From Lama glama (lineage: Eukaryota): a stretch of 64,000 nucleotides of DNA. Position 1 is the first letter of the stretch; each line of letters opens with the position of its first letter. Shown here piece by piece: positions 27,159 through 39,535 of this stretch. Below the pieces are notes generated by a model. The model did no database searches, had not been told where the DNA came from, and saw only the letters and a program-made list of their open reading frames with translations. Position numbers and translations under genes: made by a program. The stretch covers positions 103,356,001 through 103,420,000 of the forward strand of contig CM052817.1 of NCBI GenBank assembly GCA_028534125.1, written 5' to 3'.

Positions 27159-30100
27159 TCTTATTATGTCTTCTTAGAGTAAAATGTACCATCAAAACTA
27201 GTTGGTAGTTCCAAGAAACAAGACTTTGCTACCGGAAGTTGGGGGTGGTGGCAAGGTTACATGGCATCTGTCCCCTTTCTTCCCAAGGTGCCAGGCTGAG
27301 TGAGACAAGCTTTCACCAGAGTCCCCAGGGCAAACACAAGCCACAGCCAAGGAATGTGCTCAAAGGTATCTTGGGAACAGCATCAGGGATTAGGACACAG
27401 GAACAAGAGCAAGACATCAAAAGAAGTTAGGCAAGAGGTCAGAAGCCCAAGAAGTTAAAACCTGGTGAAGACACAGAGAGGGAGCCAGGCTGCTCAGCTG
27501 CATCATTGCGTGCTGGCTGCTCGGCATGAAGGGAGGTGGGGCAGGGGCAATTGTCTTAACTATGAAAGGCTTCCTGATGGCTGACTTAAATCCATCATTT
27601 AACCAAACTTCCTATAACTAATAATGTCCTTTAACAGACAAGGAAGATACAACCCAGCTAAAATATCAATCATCTTGAAGAGCAACACATAACATGTGTC
27701 ACCACCACTTTCCTTCTTTTTCTTCTTAAAACCATGATGGCTTGAACTTCTGTGGCAGTTAGGCACAGGAAAGCTTAGCTGTTGGGCTTAAGAGCCACCA
27801 CCACAGTAAGAGTACTGAAGCACAGCACAGCCCCTTCAACAGAGCTGTACCTGCTGAGACTTTCCAACAGGAAGCAGGAAAGGGTGACAGTCAACTTGGA
27901 ACCTGGAGGCTCAGAGGACCTAACACAGTCAATGATTTAGAAACTGCCTTAAACTAGAAAAGGGTCCCAGAATAGAGAATTCATCATCCTTTTCAGACAG
28001 AAGCAAGAGAGCAGAATGACAGTGAAAAGTGACAGAACAGCCACAAGAAGACGTGGGGGGAAGCCCGTTAGTGAGTATTTGTCAAGAAGGGAAGGTGACA
28101 ACTCCAGATTTGAGGGCTTGTAAGGACACTTGGTCACAGTTGAGAGGAGATGAAAATAATAATTAGAAATAAAGTGAAAGAAGATATCAGTGACAGGGAA
28201 CAGATGTGGGGAGAGGTGAGTGGAGAGATGAGGAAGTAAAGGGACGTCCTAGGGGGACAGTAACGCAGAAGTGAGTTTCTGAACATGCGTGACAAAAGCT
28301 TGACTACATGTAAAAAATGCAGAATATGCATAAAGAAAACTTTCTCATTAAAGGTTTTTCTTTTTTAAACTTGGTAAAATAAAATGAGGCAGATACTCCT
28401 AGTTATAATAATTGAAAAAAAAAAAAAAACCCAGGTAAGATCTTCCATTTCTGACTCAAGAGAGGATGCTGAAGCCAAACCCTGAAGCGGCTCGGCGTCC
28501 CCCACGTGGCAGGCACTTAGCAATGCAGGGCAACAGAAGACACAGAAGCAATCTCGTTCCCTACCACCCACTCTTCACATCCTTGAGATGTTTAATGATT
28601 CTATCCATGCTCAATAAATACCCCTTGATAAGAAATCTATCACAAGTGCTTAAGATACACTATAGAAGATTACCAGTTAAATTGAGACTGTGAGCTTCAA
28701 AATTTTGTCTCTTAAACTTTCTTAAATAAGCACATTTGCTTGATTTGGGAGCTATTCCCCACTGTTCTGTCCTTTAAGGAATGCTTTATATTCTACTTTA
28801 GTACAACATGAAAACTAAAGAACCTGACAATGCTTTACCATAGAAAAAACACTTATTTTTATATATCTATATTTTTATATTTATATATATACATACACAC
28901 ACACATACATATGTGATAAAAAAAATTCACACCTTATGTAATTTCCTAAATCTCTTTTAAAAACAGCAACATAAAGCAATGAAGAGACAGGTAGTCTACT
29001 TCAGTTTGTTGTTTAATGCACTTGCCATCAAAGCAACAAAGCACAAGTAACCAAAGAGTCACAACTCAAAAGGTTTCATGGATGCTCAACAGGTATAATC
29101 CTGGTAGTGGCGTGGACCCACAATGTCTGAAAGCCCTGGGGGGCAAAACACAATAAGCACTCCCTTAAGGAGCTTCAGGCTCTTTTGTTTAAATTACCTT
29201 CTGGAGTGTAAGAACTGCTGTTATAACTAACAACTAAATATTTATGGCTTCCATGTGATATATAGGCAAACATTCAAATTGCTTCATGTGATTTATGCTT
29301 CCTAAAAACTTTCAAATCCTAAATGTAACTTAATAATCAAAATTACCTTCCTTCTAGATAGTGGCCCCCACTAATACTCATGAAATTTGTAAAACTCAAG
29401 TCCCATATTCTCATCATTTGGTTTTTGTTTTTTGTTTTTGTTTTTAAAGGCAAATTGTGAAACTAGACAGCTCCTTTTCTGATCATCTCAAAAAGCTCAC
29501 AGTATAATGTCCTCAATCAAAGATGTGTTCAGGGTACAACTTGCCACCCTCTCCGCCCCACAGGCCCAATACAGAGTGCTGCGTGTAACAAGCACTCTAG
29601 AAAGGACTATCGTTTTGATTCTGAAAATGTCAGTGCCCTGCTAAGCCACGCCTGAGAAGTGTACAGAGCTTAATCCCCATCAGAGATGTGTACTAGACTC
29701 GCCTTTCACTATACCGCCTGTCTGTTTCTCGACATCATTAGTCATAAAATGTTACGCTTGTTCTCAAAAGTCCCCACTGATTCCCAATGCCCATGGAATG
29801 AAACCCCAATGCAGCACGCTGTGTAAGCCTGCCTAATCCTGACTTTTTCTACACAGGCCTCCCAGCATGAACTCTTGGTCCAATTTGCAGAGGACGTCTA
29901 CCCCGTTCCTCACTCGTGCAACTGTCCAGGCCAGGAACCACCTTCCCTCTCTAGTCCTTTTATGAATCCTACTGCACCACTCAGGCCCCCCTAAAACTAT
30001 CTCTGTGAGTTACTCTGGTGAGAATCTTTCTCAGCACCTACATTTTGCACACAGTCTTCCATCAACTCCTCCTCTTCTCTGTCCATCTCCTGCACAATCA

Positions 30101-31679
30101 GGTCACTTGGAGGGTGGGAGCCCAGTCAGACACTGCCTCTGGCTCCCACACAGCCTTCCTGGCATGCTTGCTGATTTCAAAGGAGAACCAGGTACTACAA
30201 ATACTTGATGAATACATTGTTTGTGAGTGACTGCAGGGTTTTTAAACCAGTTATTTCAAGTTATTCAAGCTCATACTAGGCTGGGATATACGGCTATTAT
30301 CTGGGCCTCCTTTTCAAAAGAAACAAAAAACTAGTTTAAAGAAAGAAAATGTCACACTCCTTTTCCATGAACTATATTAATTTGGTAACTTAAGCCTTAC
30401 AAAATTCCTGCCCTCCTGTTCTTACAACCACACCTTACACTACCTATAGTTGGAAGAAAAGTCATTTTTACTCGTAAAATTTCACTTTCATCAGCTAAAG
30501 GTTCATAAAAGCTATCTCTAGTGTATGGCTGTTATTCCACCAATGAGAGGTGACAGCCCAAGAGCAGAATGGAGAGAACAAGGAAGTTCTCCCTTCCCAG
30601 AAGGCAGGAAACCACTCTCAGCTACCCATTTCTGGCAGCAGGAAGTTGCCTCAAGGACAGGAAATAATAAAGGATTTTCAGCTGTACAAGAAGGCCTCTT
30701 CAGAGGGTTTTTTTTTTTTAAGAAATACTCAAATTGGCAATAAGGGGTAAAAGGAAATGGAATGACATTAAAAACCAAAAAAAAAAAAAAAAAAAAAGCT
30801 CTGATGATCCCCAAAGAGAGCTCATTTTTTACAACACTAGCAGTCGGTGACTCCATGAAAACAATTCTCGTTGAGCACCTAGCAGCCAACACTCTCAGCT
30901 ATCCCAAAGTCATCCTTTGTTCTGAAAATCAACATCAACTGTTAGCCTGGTTACACACCAGCTACTGAAACCATGAAAGCAAAGCACAAAAACACACTGT
31001 TCACAGCCATACAGCTCTCGCTCGAAATGGGACAGCTGAATGAGGGCTAAAGCTAAGTAGTCCCAGGAGGAGACCAGGGCACCAGTGACCTGTAGGAAGC
31101 AGGGAGAGGGCTCCCGGGCTAACAGATCGGCACAGCTGCGGTGAACCTTGGACTCCATTCCACCTACCCGCCTCATTTTATACTTAAAGGCTCAAAAAAG
31201 TAAAACTGGCCCAAGGCCAAAGAGTGTGTCCCAAAACTCGGGTCATTCACCTTGGGGGAAGGAGAGAGAGGTGTGGCCTTCCCTGCAGCTCAGTGAGTCA
31301 GGCCTGGGTCAACAGGGGCCTGTCACACATCAGTGGAAGGCATGACTACCGGCCCCACGGGAGTGGGAGGAAAGGTAACTCCAACAGGCCCAGGAAAAGC
31401 CAGTCATTCCCGACTTTTCAAAGAAAAACCATTAAAGATCTCAGCCTCAAAATAACCAGACTATTTTTCCTACTTTTCTTTCAGTGTCACTTAATAACCA
31501 CCACAAATTACACCCTAATAACTCCTGTTGCAATGGGATTAACGAACTGAAACAGCATGCCCAGACCTGCTGGATTATCCCAGCTATATTTTCTCCCAGA
31601 AACTAAAGAAAACCTACTTACTGAAAATGCTGTCAGAGCAGCACCAGGAAACAAACCAGACACCCAATAGTCAGTCTAA

Positions 31680-32245
31680 CTTCTCTCATCCCTCTCTCTC
31701 CAGTCCACTCTCCACCTGGCAGCCAGTGTATTCTTTTCAAAATACAAATGTGATCATGTCTCATTTCTGCTTAAAACTCTCCAATGGGCTTCTCCCATGG
31801 CAACTCCTGATAATGATCAAAATGCTGCAGGCCTTAAGAATGATCCCTCACCTACCCACTCAGCCTCCTCACTTGCCGGGACCTCCGGCCATCTGCACTC
31901 CAGCTACCCCTCAGCTCCTCCAGGAGGCCAGCTCCCTCCCACTGCAAGACTTAGACACTGCCATGCCCTGTGTCTCTGACTTCATTTCCTTACTTCTCTT
32001 TTCCTTTCAATCTTAGCACAAATATTCGTACCTTCTCGGGGAAACGTTCCCTGACCACTGTTATCTTCATAGCCCTTCCTGTAGCATTTACTGACACTAG
32101 AATTTATAGCAAATTAGTTGTGTGATTCTGATTAATGCCTGCTTCCTGGAGTCACCCATAAGCCCCATGAGGGCAGTAACCATGTCTGTTCTGGCTCACC
32201 ACTATGTCTCCAGCATCCAGCAGATAAATATTTATTGAGTCTTTA
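31680..32245 (+). mobile_element. L2 3' region
   Basis: Typical L2 motifs GATCATGTC...CTGCTTAAAACTCTCCAATGG...CCATGAGGGCAG...TAAATATTTATTGAG. Confidence 0.7.
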
Positions 32246-33997
32246 ACTTAATTAAAGAAACAAACAAATGAACAAACAATGGAACAAACAAAAGGTTAGG
32301 TTTTTAGGAAGACACAGCATAGAGAGGTTAAAGGAGAGTTTAAGTCACTACCTTCTTAGCCAAACTTTTACATATATGTACTTTACAAAGGGAATGATAT
32401 ACATCTTTCACTAAGTGCTAAGAAAATAAAACTAAGACTATTAATACATATATTAGTCTTATAATTTTTTTAAAAGCTACTTGCTTTTCAATCAACTTTT
32501 AAAGTCATTCTTCATTGCAGTGACTCTTAAAAAACGGATTTCAGAACTACCTTAGCAATGAGCAAGTCACTAATCCCCCAAATTACTAATACCACCAAAG
32601 ACAGAGTTACATTTTTCTCCATCTAAAAGTTTTCTTACATTTCATGCAAATGGAACCAACCAGAAAGCAGGGGTAGCAATACTCGTCTCAGACAAAACAG
32701 ACCTTAAAACAAAGCCTATATATAACAAGACAAAGAAGGGCACTATTTAATAATAAAGGGATCGATGTAAGAAAAGGGTGTAACACTCATCAACAACTAT
32801 ACACCTAATACAGGAGCCCCTAAGTACATAAAGCAAATATCAACAGACATTAAGGGAGAAATTGACAATAAAAATACAATAATAGTAGGGAACTTTAACA
32901 CCCCACTGACATCAATGGACAGATTATTCAAACAAAAAAAAATGAATAAGGAAAGAGTGGTCTTAAATGACATATAGGACCAGTTGGGACTTAATAGGTA
33001 TTTACAAGACATTCCATCCAAAACAGCAGAATACACATTCTTTTCAAGAGCACATGGAAAATTCTCTAGGACAGATCACATGCTAAACCACAAAACAAGT
33101 CTCAAACAAATCTGAGAAGATACAAATAATGTTAAGTATTTTTTCCGACCCTAACAGCATAAAACAAGAAGTACATAAAGAAAGAAAAACGTGAAGAGCA
33201 CAAACACGTGGAGATTAAACAATATGCTACTAAAAACTAACGTGGGTCAATGAAGAAATCAAAGAGGAAATCAGAAAATACCTCAAAACAAATGAAAATG
33301 GAAACACAACTTTCCAAAATCTATGGGATGCAGGAAAGCAGTTCTAAGAGGGAAGTTTATAGTGACACAGGCCTTCCTCAAGAAAAAACATCTCAAATAA
33401 ACAACCTAACTACATCTAAAGGAATAAGAAAAGTAAGAACAAACAAAGCCCATAGTCATTAGAAGGAAGAAAATAATAAAGATCAGAGAGAAACTTAAAG
33501 AAACTTAAAGACTTAAAGAGACTTAAAGAAAAAAAGAGAGAGAAAACAATGAAATCAATAAGTGGTTTTTTTGAAAAAATAGACGAAAATGGTAAACTTT
33601 CAGTCAGGATCACCAAGAAGAAAAGAGAAAGGACCCAGATAAACAAAATAAGAAATGCATCAAGAAATAATAACCAGTATCACAGAGAAACAGAAATATC
33701 ATAAGAGAACACTACATTTATATGCCAACAAGTTGGACAACCTAGAAGAAATGGACAAATCTCTAGAAACATAAACCTGCCAAGAATGAATCAAGAAGAA
33801 ACAGACAATTTAAAGAGATCAATCATTTGTGAAATTGAATTCGTAATTAAAAAAAAAAGTTTCCAGCAAACAAAAGTCCAGGACACAATGGCTTCACAGA
33901 GAAATTCTACCAAACATATAAAGAACAGCTAATAACTGTCTCTCAAACTATTCCCCAAAAAATGAAGAGGATGGAACATTCCCAAATTCACTCTATA

Positions 33998-34146
33998 GGG
34001 GGACGGTATAGCTCAAGTGGTAGAGCACATGCTTAACATGCAGGAGGTTCTGGGTTCAATCCCCAGTACCTCCTCTAAAAATAAATAAAATAAATAAACC
34101 TAATTACCTCTCCCCCCTCAAAAAAAAAAACAAAAAGTGAAAAAAA
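33998..34146 (+). mobile_element. tRNA-Ala-derived SINE (Vic-1 type) nested in L1 ORF2
   Basis: A/B boxes and CCTAATTACCTC tail. TSD AAATT(C/T)ACTCTA(T/C)A at 33984-33997 and 34147-34160. Confidence 0.88.
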
Positions 34147-36245
34147 AAATTTACTCTACAAGGCCACAATTACCCTGATACAAAACCAGACAAAAACACT
34201 ACAAAAAAGAAATGTACAGTCCAATATCACCAATGAATATAGATGTAAAAATCCTCAACAAAATACTAGCAAGCCAAATTCAACAATACATAAATAGGAT
34301 CATACATCATGATCAAGTGGGGTTTATTCCAGGGATGCAAAGACGGTTCAATATCTGCAAATCAATCAACGTGATACAACATATTAACAAAAGGATAAAA
34401 ATCACATGATCATCTCAACAGATACAGAAAAGGCATTTGACAAAATTCAACATCCATTTATGATAAAAACTTTCATCAAAGTGGGTACAGAGAGAACAAT
34501 CTCAAAATAATAAAGGCCATGTATGACAAACCCACAGCCAATATAATACTCATTGGTGAAAAACTAAAAGCTTTTCCTCTAAAATCAGAAACAAGACAAG
34601 GATGCCCACTCTTGCCATTTGTTTAACATAGTATTGGAAGTCTAGCCCCAGAAATCAGAGAAGAAAAAGAAATAAAAGGAATCCAAATTGGAAGGGAAGA
34701 AGTAAAACTGTCACTATTTTCACAGGATGTGATACTATATACAGAAAACTCTAATGTCTCTGTCAAAAAAGTATTAGAATAAATTAATTCAGTAAAGTTG
34801 CAGGAGACAACATTAATATACATAAATCCATTGCTTTTATATACACTAATAATGAACCATCAGACAGAGAAAGTAAGAAAATAATCTCACTTAAAATTGC
34901 ATCAAAAAGGATAAAATACTTAAGAATAAACGTAACCAAGAAGGTGAAAGACCTACATTCTAAAAATTATAAAATATTCATGAAGGAAACAGAGATGGAA
35001 AGATATGATGAAGGAAAAAGAAATGGAAAGATATGCTATGTTCAGAGATTAGAAGAATTAATATTGTTAAAATGTCCCCACTACCCAAAATAATCTACAA
35101 ATTAAATGCAATGCATATCAAAATACCCACACAACATTTTTCACAGAACTAGAATAATCCTAAAATTCATACGGAATCACAAAAGACCCTAAATAGCCAA
35201 AACAATATTGAGAAAAAAACAGCAAAGCTGGAAGTATCACACTCACTACCAAAGCTATCATCATCAGAACAGCATGGTACTGGTACAAAAACACACACAG
35301 ATCAATGGAAAAGAATAAAGCCCAGATACAAACCCATGCACTTTTGGTCAATTAATCTATGAGAAAGGAAGCAAGAATATATAATGGAGAAAAGACAGTC
35401 TCTTCAATAAGTGGTGCTGGGAAAACTGGACAGCTAAATATAAAACAATGAGATTAGAGTATTTTCTCACACCATATACAAAAATAAACTCAAAATGGAT
35501 TAAAGACCTGAAAGCATAAAACTCCTAGAAGAAAACATAGGCAGAACACTCTGATAAAATCATAACAATATTTTTTTGGATCTGCATGTTAAGGCAAAAG
35601 AAACAAAAGCAAAAATAGACAAATGGGAGCTAGTCATACTTAAAAGCTTTTGCACAGCAAAGGAAGTCACTGACAAAACAAAAAGATAATCTTACTGAGT
35701 GGGAGAAAATATCTGCAAATGATACAACCAAAAAGTGGTTAACATCCAAAGCACATAAACAGCTCAGACAGTTCAATATCAAAAACAAACAACCTGACTT
35801 AAAAAATGGGCAGAAGACCTAAACAGACATTATTCCAAAGAAGACGTATAGATGGCCAATGGGCACCTGAAAAGATGCTCAACATCGGTAGTTTTCAGAG
35901 AAAATCAAGTCAAAACCAAACACCTCACACCTGTCAGAATGGCTATCATCAAAAAGTCTACAAATAACAAATGTTGGGAAGGATGTGTAGAAACGGAACG
36001 CTTGTACACTGTTGGTGGGACTATAACTTGGTGCAACCACCATGGAAAACACTATGAAGGTTCCTCAAAAAACTGAAAACAGAACTATCATATGATCCAA
36101 CAATTCTATTCCTGGGTATATGTACAAAGAAAACAAAAAACTAATTAGAAAAGATACATGCACCCAAAAGTTCACAGTAGCATTATTTACAATAGCTAAG
36201 ATAAAGAAGCAACCTAAGTGTCCATCACCAGGTGAATGAATAAAG

Positions 36246-36246
<1 letters not shown>

Positions 36247-36300
<54 letters not shown>
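36247..36300. repeat. (AC)27 microsatellite inside L1
   Basis: Uninterrupted 54-nt AC run read directly. Confidence 0.97.
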
Positions 36301-36303
<3 letters not shown>

Positions 36304-36828
36304 GGAATATTACTCGGTCATGAAAAAGAATGAAATTCTGCCATTTGCAACAACATGGATGGACCTACAAGGTATTATGCTAAGTGAAATAAGTCTGAGA
36401 AAGAAAAACAAATACTCTACGTCTTAACTTATATGTAGAATCTATAGAAAAACAAATATTATCTTTTAACTTATATGTAGAATCTAAAAAATAAAACTAA
36501 GGAATATAACAAAACAGAAACAGACTCACAGATATACAAAACATACTGGTGGTTACCAATGGGGAGAAGGAAGAAGGGAGAGGCGGAACGTGGGTAGGGG
36601 ATTGACAGGTACAAGTACTATGTATAAAATGGATAGGTCACAGGGATATATTGTACAGTACAGGGAAATATAGCCATTATTTTGTACTGACTTTAAATGG
36701 AATATAATCTACAAAGATGTTGAGTCTCTATGTTGTACACCTGAAACTAATATGATGTAAATCAACTACTCAAAAAATTTTAATAAGTTTTCTTTTCATA
36801 TTCTTTGCAATAAGTTAGAAACCCTAGA

Positions 36829-37118
36829 CCAGACTGTCCAACAGAAACATAACACAAGTCACAATTTTCCAGTAATCCCATTTAGAAAATAAAAAGAAAC
36901 AAGTGAAATTAATTCCATTAGTAATTATATTTATCCCAAAATATTCAATATACTATCATTTCAAAATGTAATCAACATTTTTGAAACTTATTAATAAATA
37001 TTTTACATTCTTTTTGTTGTACTAAGTCTTGAAAATCCATTATGTATTTTCCACCTAAAGAACATCTCAATTCACACTAGCCACATGTGGCTGGTGGCTA
37101 CCATATTGGACAGAGCAG
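36829..37118 (+). mobile_element. MER33 (hAT-Charlie) DNA transposon
   Basis: Ends CTGTCCAACAGAAACATAA... and ...CTAGCCACATGTGGCTGGTGGCTACCATATTGGACAGAGCAG. Interior AAAAAGAAACAAGTGAAATTAATT matches the recalled MER33 consensus. Confidence 0.82.
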
Positions 37119-37305
37119 GTTACACCATTCACACTTCTGATAAATTACCTGCTCTCTTCTTACATTAACAAACTTGCAGAAAAGGGTTTAAATGATTCCT
37201 GTATCAAACAAAGAAACAATGAGGGATAGGGAATATCTTCATTATAAGCAGCTGAAAAATAAAGGTAAGCGATCCATGGTTACGTGTATGTTAATGTAAC
37301 AATAC

Positions 37306-37431
37306 CTTCTTAATTCATTCATGACTTTAAAAGCTTTCTTCATATGCCAAGGATTCACTGTCACTGGGCAGTGTTTTTCGGTATTATCATCTTTGGAATC
37401 GAGAGGCTTCTGATGACCCTGCTTTGTGCAT
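37306..37431 (-). CDS. KLHL2: KLHL2 coding exon 2 (CTKQGHQKPLDSKDDNTEKHCPVTVNPWHMKKAFKVMNELR), 126 nt
   Basis: Polypyrimidine tract + TACAG acceptor at 37432, and AG|GTATTG donor at 37305. The peptide appears in ORF 37242..37454 and matches the KLHL2 pre-BTB region. Confidence 0.96.
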
Positions 37432-37924
37432 CTGTACATAAAAGAAAACAACAAAACAGAAAAAGACCTTATTAAAGGTGATTTAGTTTAAGCTTATCAG
37501 GCTACAAGAGTTACAATGAATGCCCCACCTGCCCCATTCATTTAGAGGAAGTCTCACAGTGTATCCCACCATAAAGACTAAAACATAATTCAGAACACTT
37601 TCTGACGGTCAGTGTGATTTTAATAAAAAAGTAGATAATTACCTCCCTGGTATCAAAGCTCTGTCAAAGATGAGCACAGAAAATTTAGTAAAAATGATTT
37701 TGCAACTACCTTCAAAAGAAATGCTGAGAAATGCTCTTCTCTGTTGGAAATTAACCTGCGTTTATATTCTGCAGTAGTCACATGCATTTACAAACCAGGC
37801 AGGAACTGGATCATATTTTACACACACTTTAGAAACTCATTTGAATTTTGCTATCTGCAAGATTATTTGCTAGACATTAACTATAAAGTAGCCACTGTAC
37901 TAAATTTCATTTCACTGTTTTGCT

Positions 37925-38070
37925 TAATCTTCACAACAACTCTGTAAGCTACTATTATTACCCCCATATAACAGATGAAGAGATTGAGGCAGAAAACAAT
38001 TTGGATATCTTGGTAAATGGTGGAGCTGGGTAAGACTGCAGCCAGTCTGACACTCAAGTCCATTCTTCTC
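37925..38070 (-). mobile_element. MIR fragment
   Basis: TTAATCTTCACAACAACTCTGTAAG...ATTATTACCCCCATATAACAGATGAAGAGATTGAGGCAG. Confidence 0.7.
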
Positions 38071-38544
38071 ATTACTGTTCAATACTGTTACCTACATTCA
38101 GCAATTACAGTTGATTTCTTATTTAAATGTGTAATTTCTAAAAACTACAAAACTCTATTAGTGTTGCTGTATAAATTATTCTTTTGAGACCTGGGAGCCA
38201 AAAAATAACAAATAAAATCAAGATGTCATTGGGGGGAGGGTTAACTGCATATGGACAGACACAAGGGGACTTTTTGAGGACACAGTTGCACAACTCTAGA
38301 AACTGTCTGAAATCACTGACTTGTACAATTATAATGGGTGAATTTTATGGCATGTAAATTATACCCTAATAGAGCTATTAAATTAAAAAATTGGGATACA
38401 AAATTAATCCTAAGAAAATACTTGTATATATATATCACACAAAGAATAGGCAAGTATCATTTACTGCACCATTTCCCTTCACGCTGCTTCCTTTCCTCAC
38501 CCATTTCTAAAAGGATAATTCATTTTTAAAATATCCTTTTATTA

Positions 38545-39535
38545 ATTTATTCAGCCAATAATTTCTGACCGCCAACTATGTACCCAGGACCAGTCTAGGC
38601 ACTTGGAATATATAAATAAACAAAAGTCCAGTCCTCACGGACCTTGGAGTCTAGCTGGGGCAGGGGGTGGAGGTGACAACTCACACAACAGAGCAGCAGA
38701 GTAGGTGGCACGTTAGGAAAAAGGAACCATGGAAAAAAGAAAAAAGGACAAGGTAAAGAGAGTTGAGAGTATGAGGTGAGGGTGATGGACAGACCAAACT
38801 GAGGGTTGAGGTTAGAACTAGGACTAAGAGCTGAGAAGGCCCAGACGGACGGAATAAGCAGGGCCGAGGCCAGCACGCACCTTGTGTGTTCCAGGATGGG
38901 GGACAGGGCTGGGGCTGCGGGGAGAGGGCAGTGCAGATCGTTGTAGGACCTTGGAGGACCTTGTAAGGACTGTGGCTTGTACCCGGAGTGAAATGGGGAG
39001 GGCACTGCAGAAGAGCGACACAATCCAACTCAGGTTTTCAAAGGCTCACTTGACTGCCGGGTGAGAATAGTCGATACGGGTCAGAGATGAAAGGAGGAAG
39101 CCACTGAGGAGGGCTGTGCAGGAGGAGAGGACAGTGGCTCAGGGCAGGGAAGCAGCAGTGGAGGCAGAAGCCATGGTGAGAAGTGGCTGGATTCTGGATA
39201 TGTTTTAAAGGCAGTGTTAGACCAGATCTGTTGACAGAATGCATGTGGCATGTCAGTGAGAATCAGAATAACTCCAAGTTTTTTGACCCGAGCAGCTAGA
39301 AGGTTTGAGTTTCCATTAACTGAATGGGGGAGGCTGCAGAAAGAACCAGTTTGGGGGGTAGAAGGACCAAGAGCTCAGTTTTCACACATGTTGGTTTTAA
39401 GATATCAGAGTTCCAAGTGAAGATGTCAAATCAACAGATAAGAATGAGTCCAGAGTTGGAGAGAAAAAGTCTAGCGGGAGACAGAAATGTGGGAATCATG
39501 GGTCACAGGCGGTACAGGAAGCCATGAAACCCAGG
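38545..39535 (-). mobile_element. L2a 3' region
   Basis: Antisense L2a motifs GGAGTCTAGCTGGG...GGCTGGATTCTGGATATGTTTTAAAGG...GAATCAAGATAACTCCAAGTTTTT. Confidence 0.78.

Larger units (their letters stand above)
32638..36785 (+). mobile_element. ~4.1 kb 5'-truncated, inactive L1 (ORF2 EN/RT/C-terminus + 3' UTR)
   Basis: Begins in the endonuclease region (FHANG..KAGVAIL). RT peptide [17 protein letters not shown]...[14 protein letters not shown] in ORF 34212..34409. Many frameshifts. Probable TSD AAGTTTTCTT near 32627 and 36785. Confidence 0.93.

Noticed and set aside
32638..36785. Reverse transcriptase/endonuclease as an active or novel system
   Set aside because: Ordinary 5'-truncated L1 ORF2 with many stops and frameshifts and a SINE insertion.
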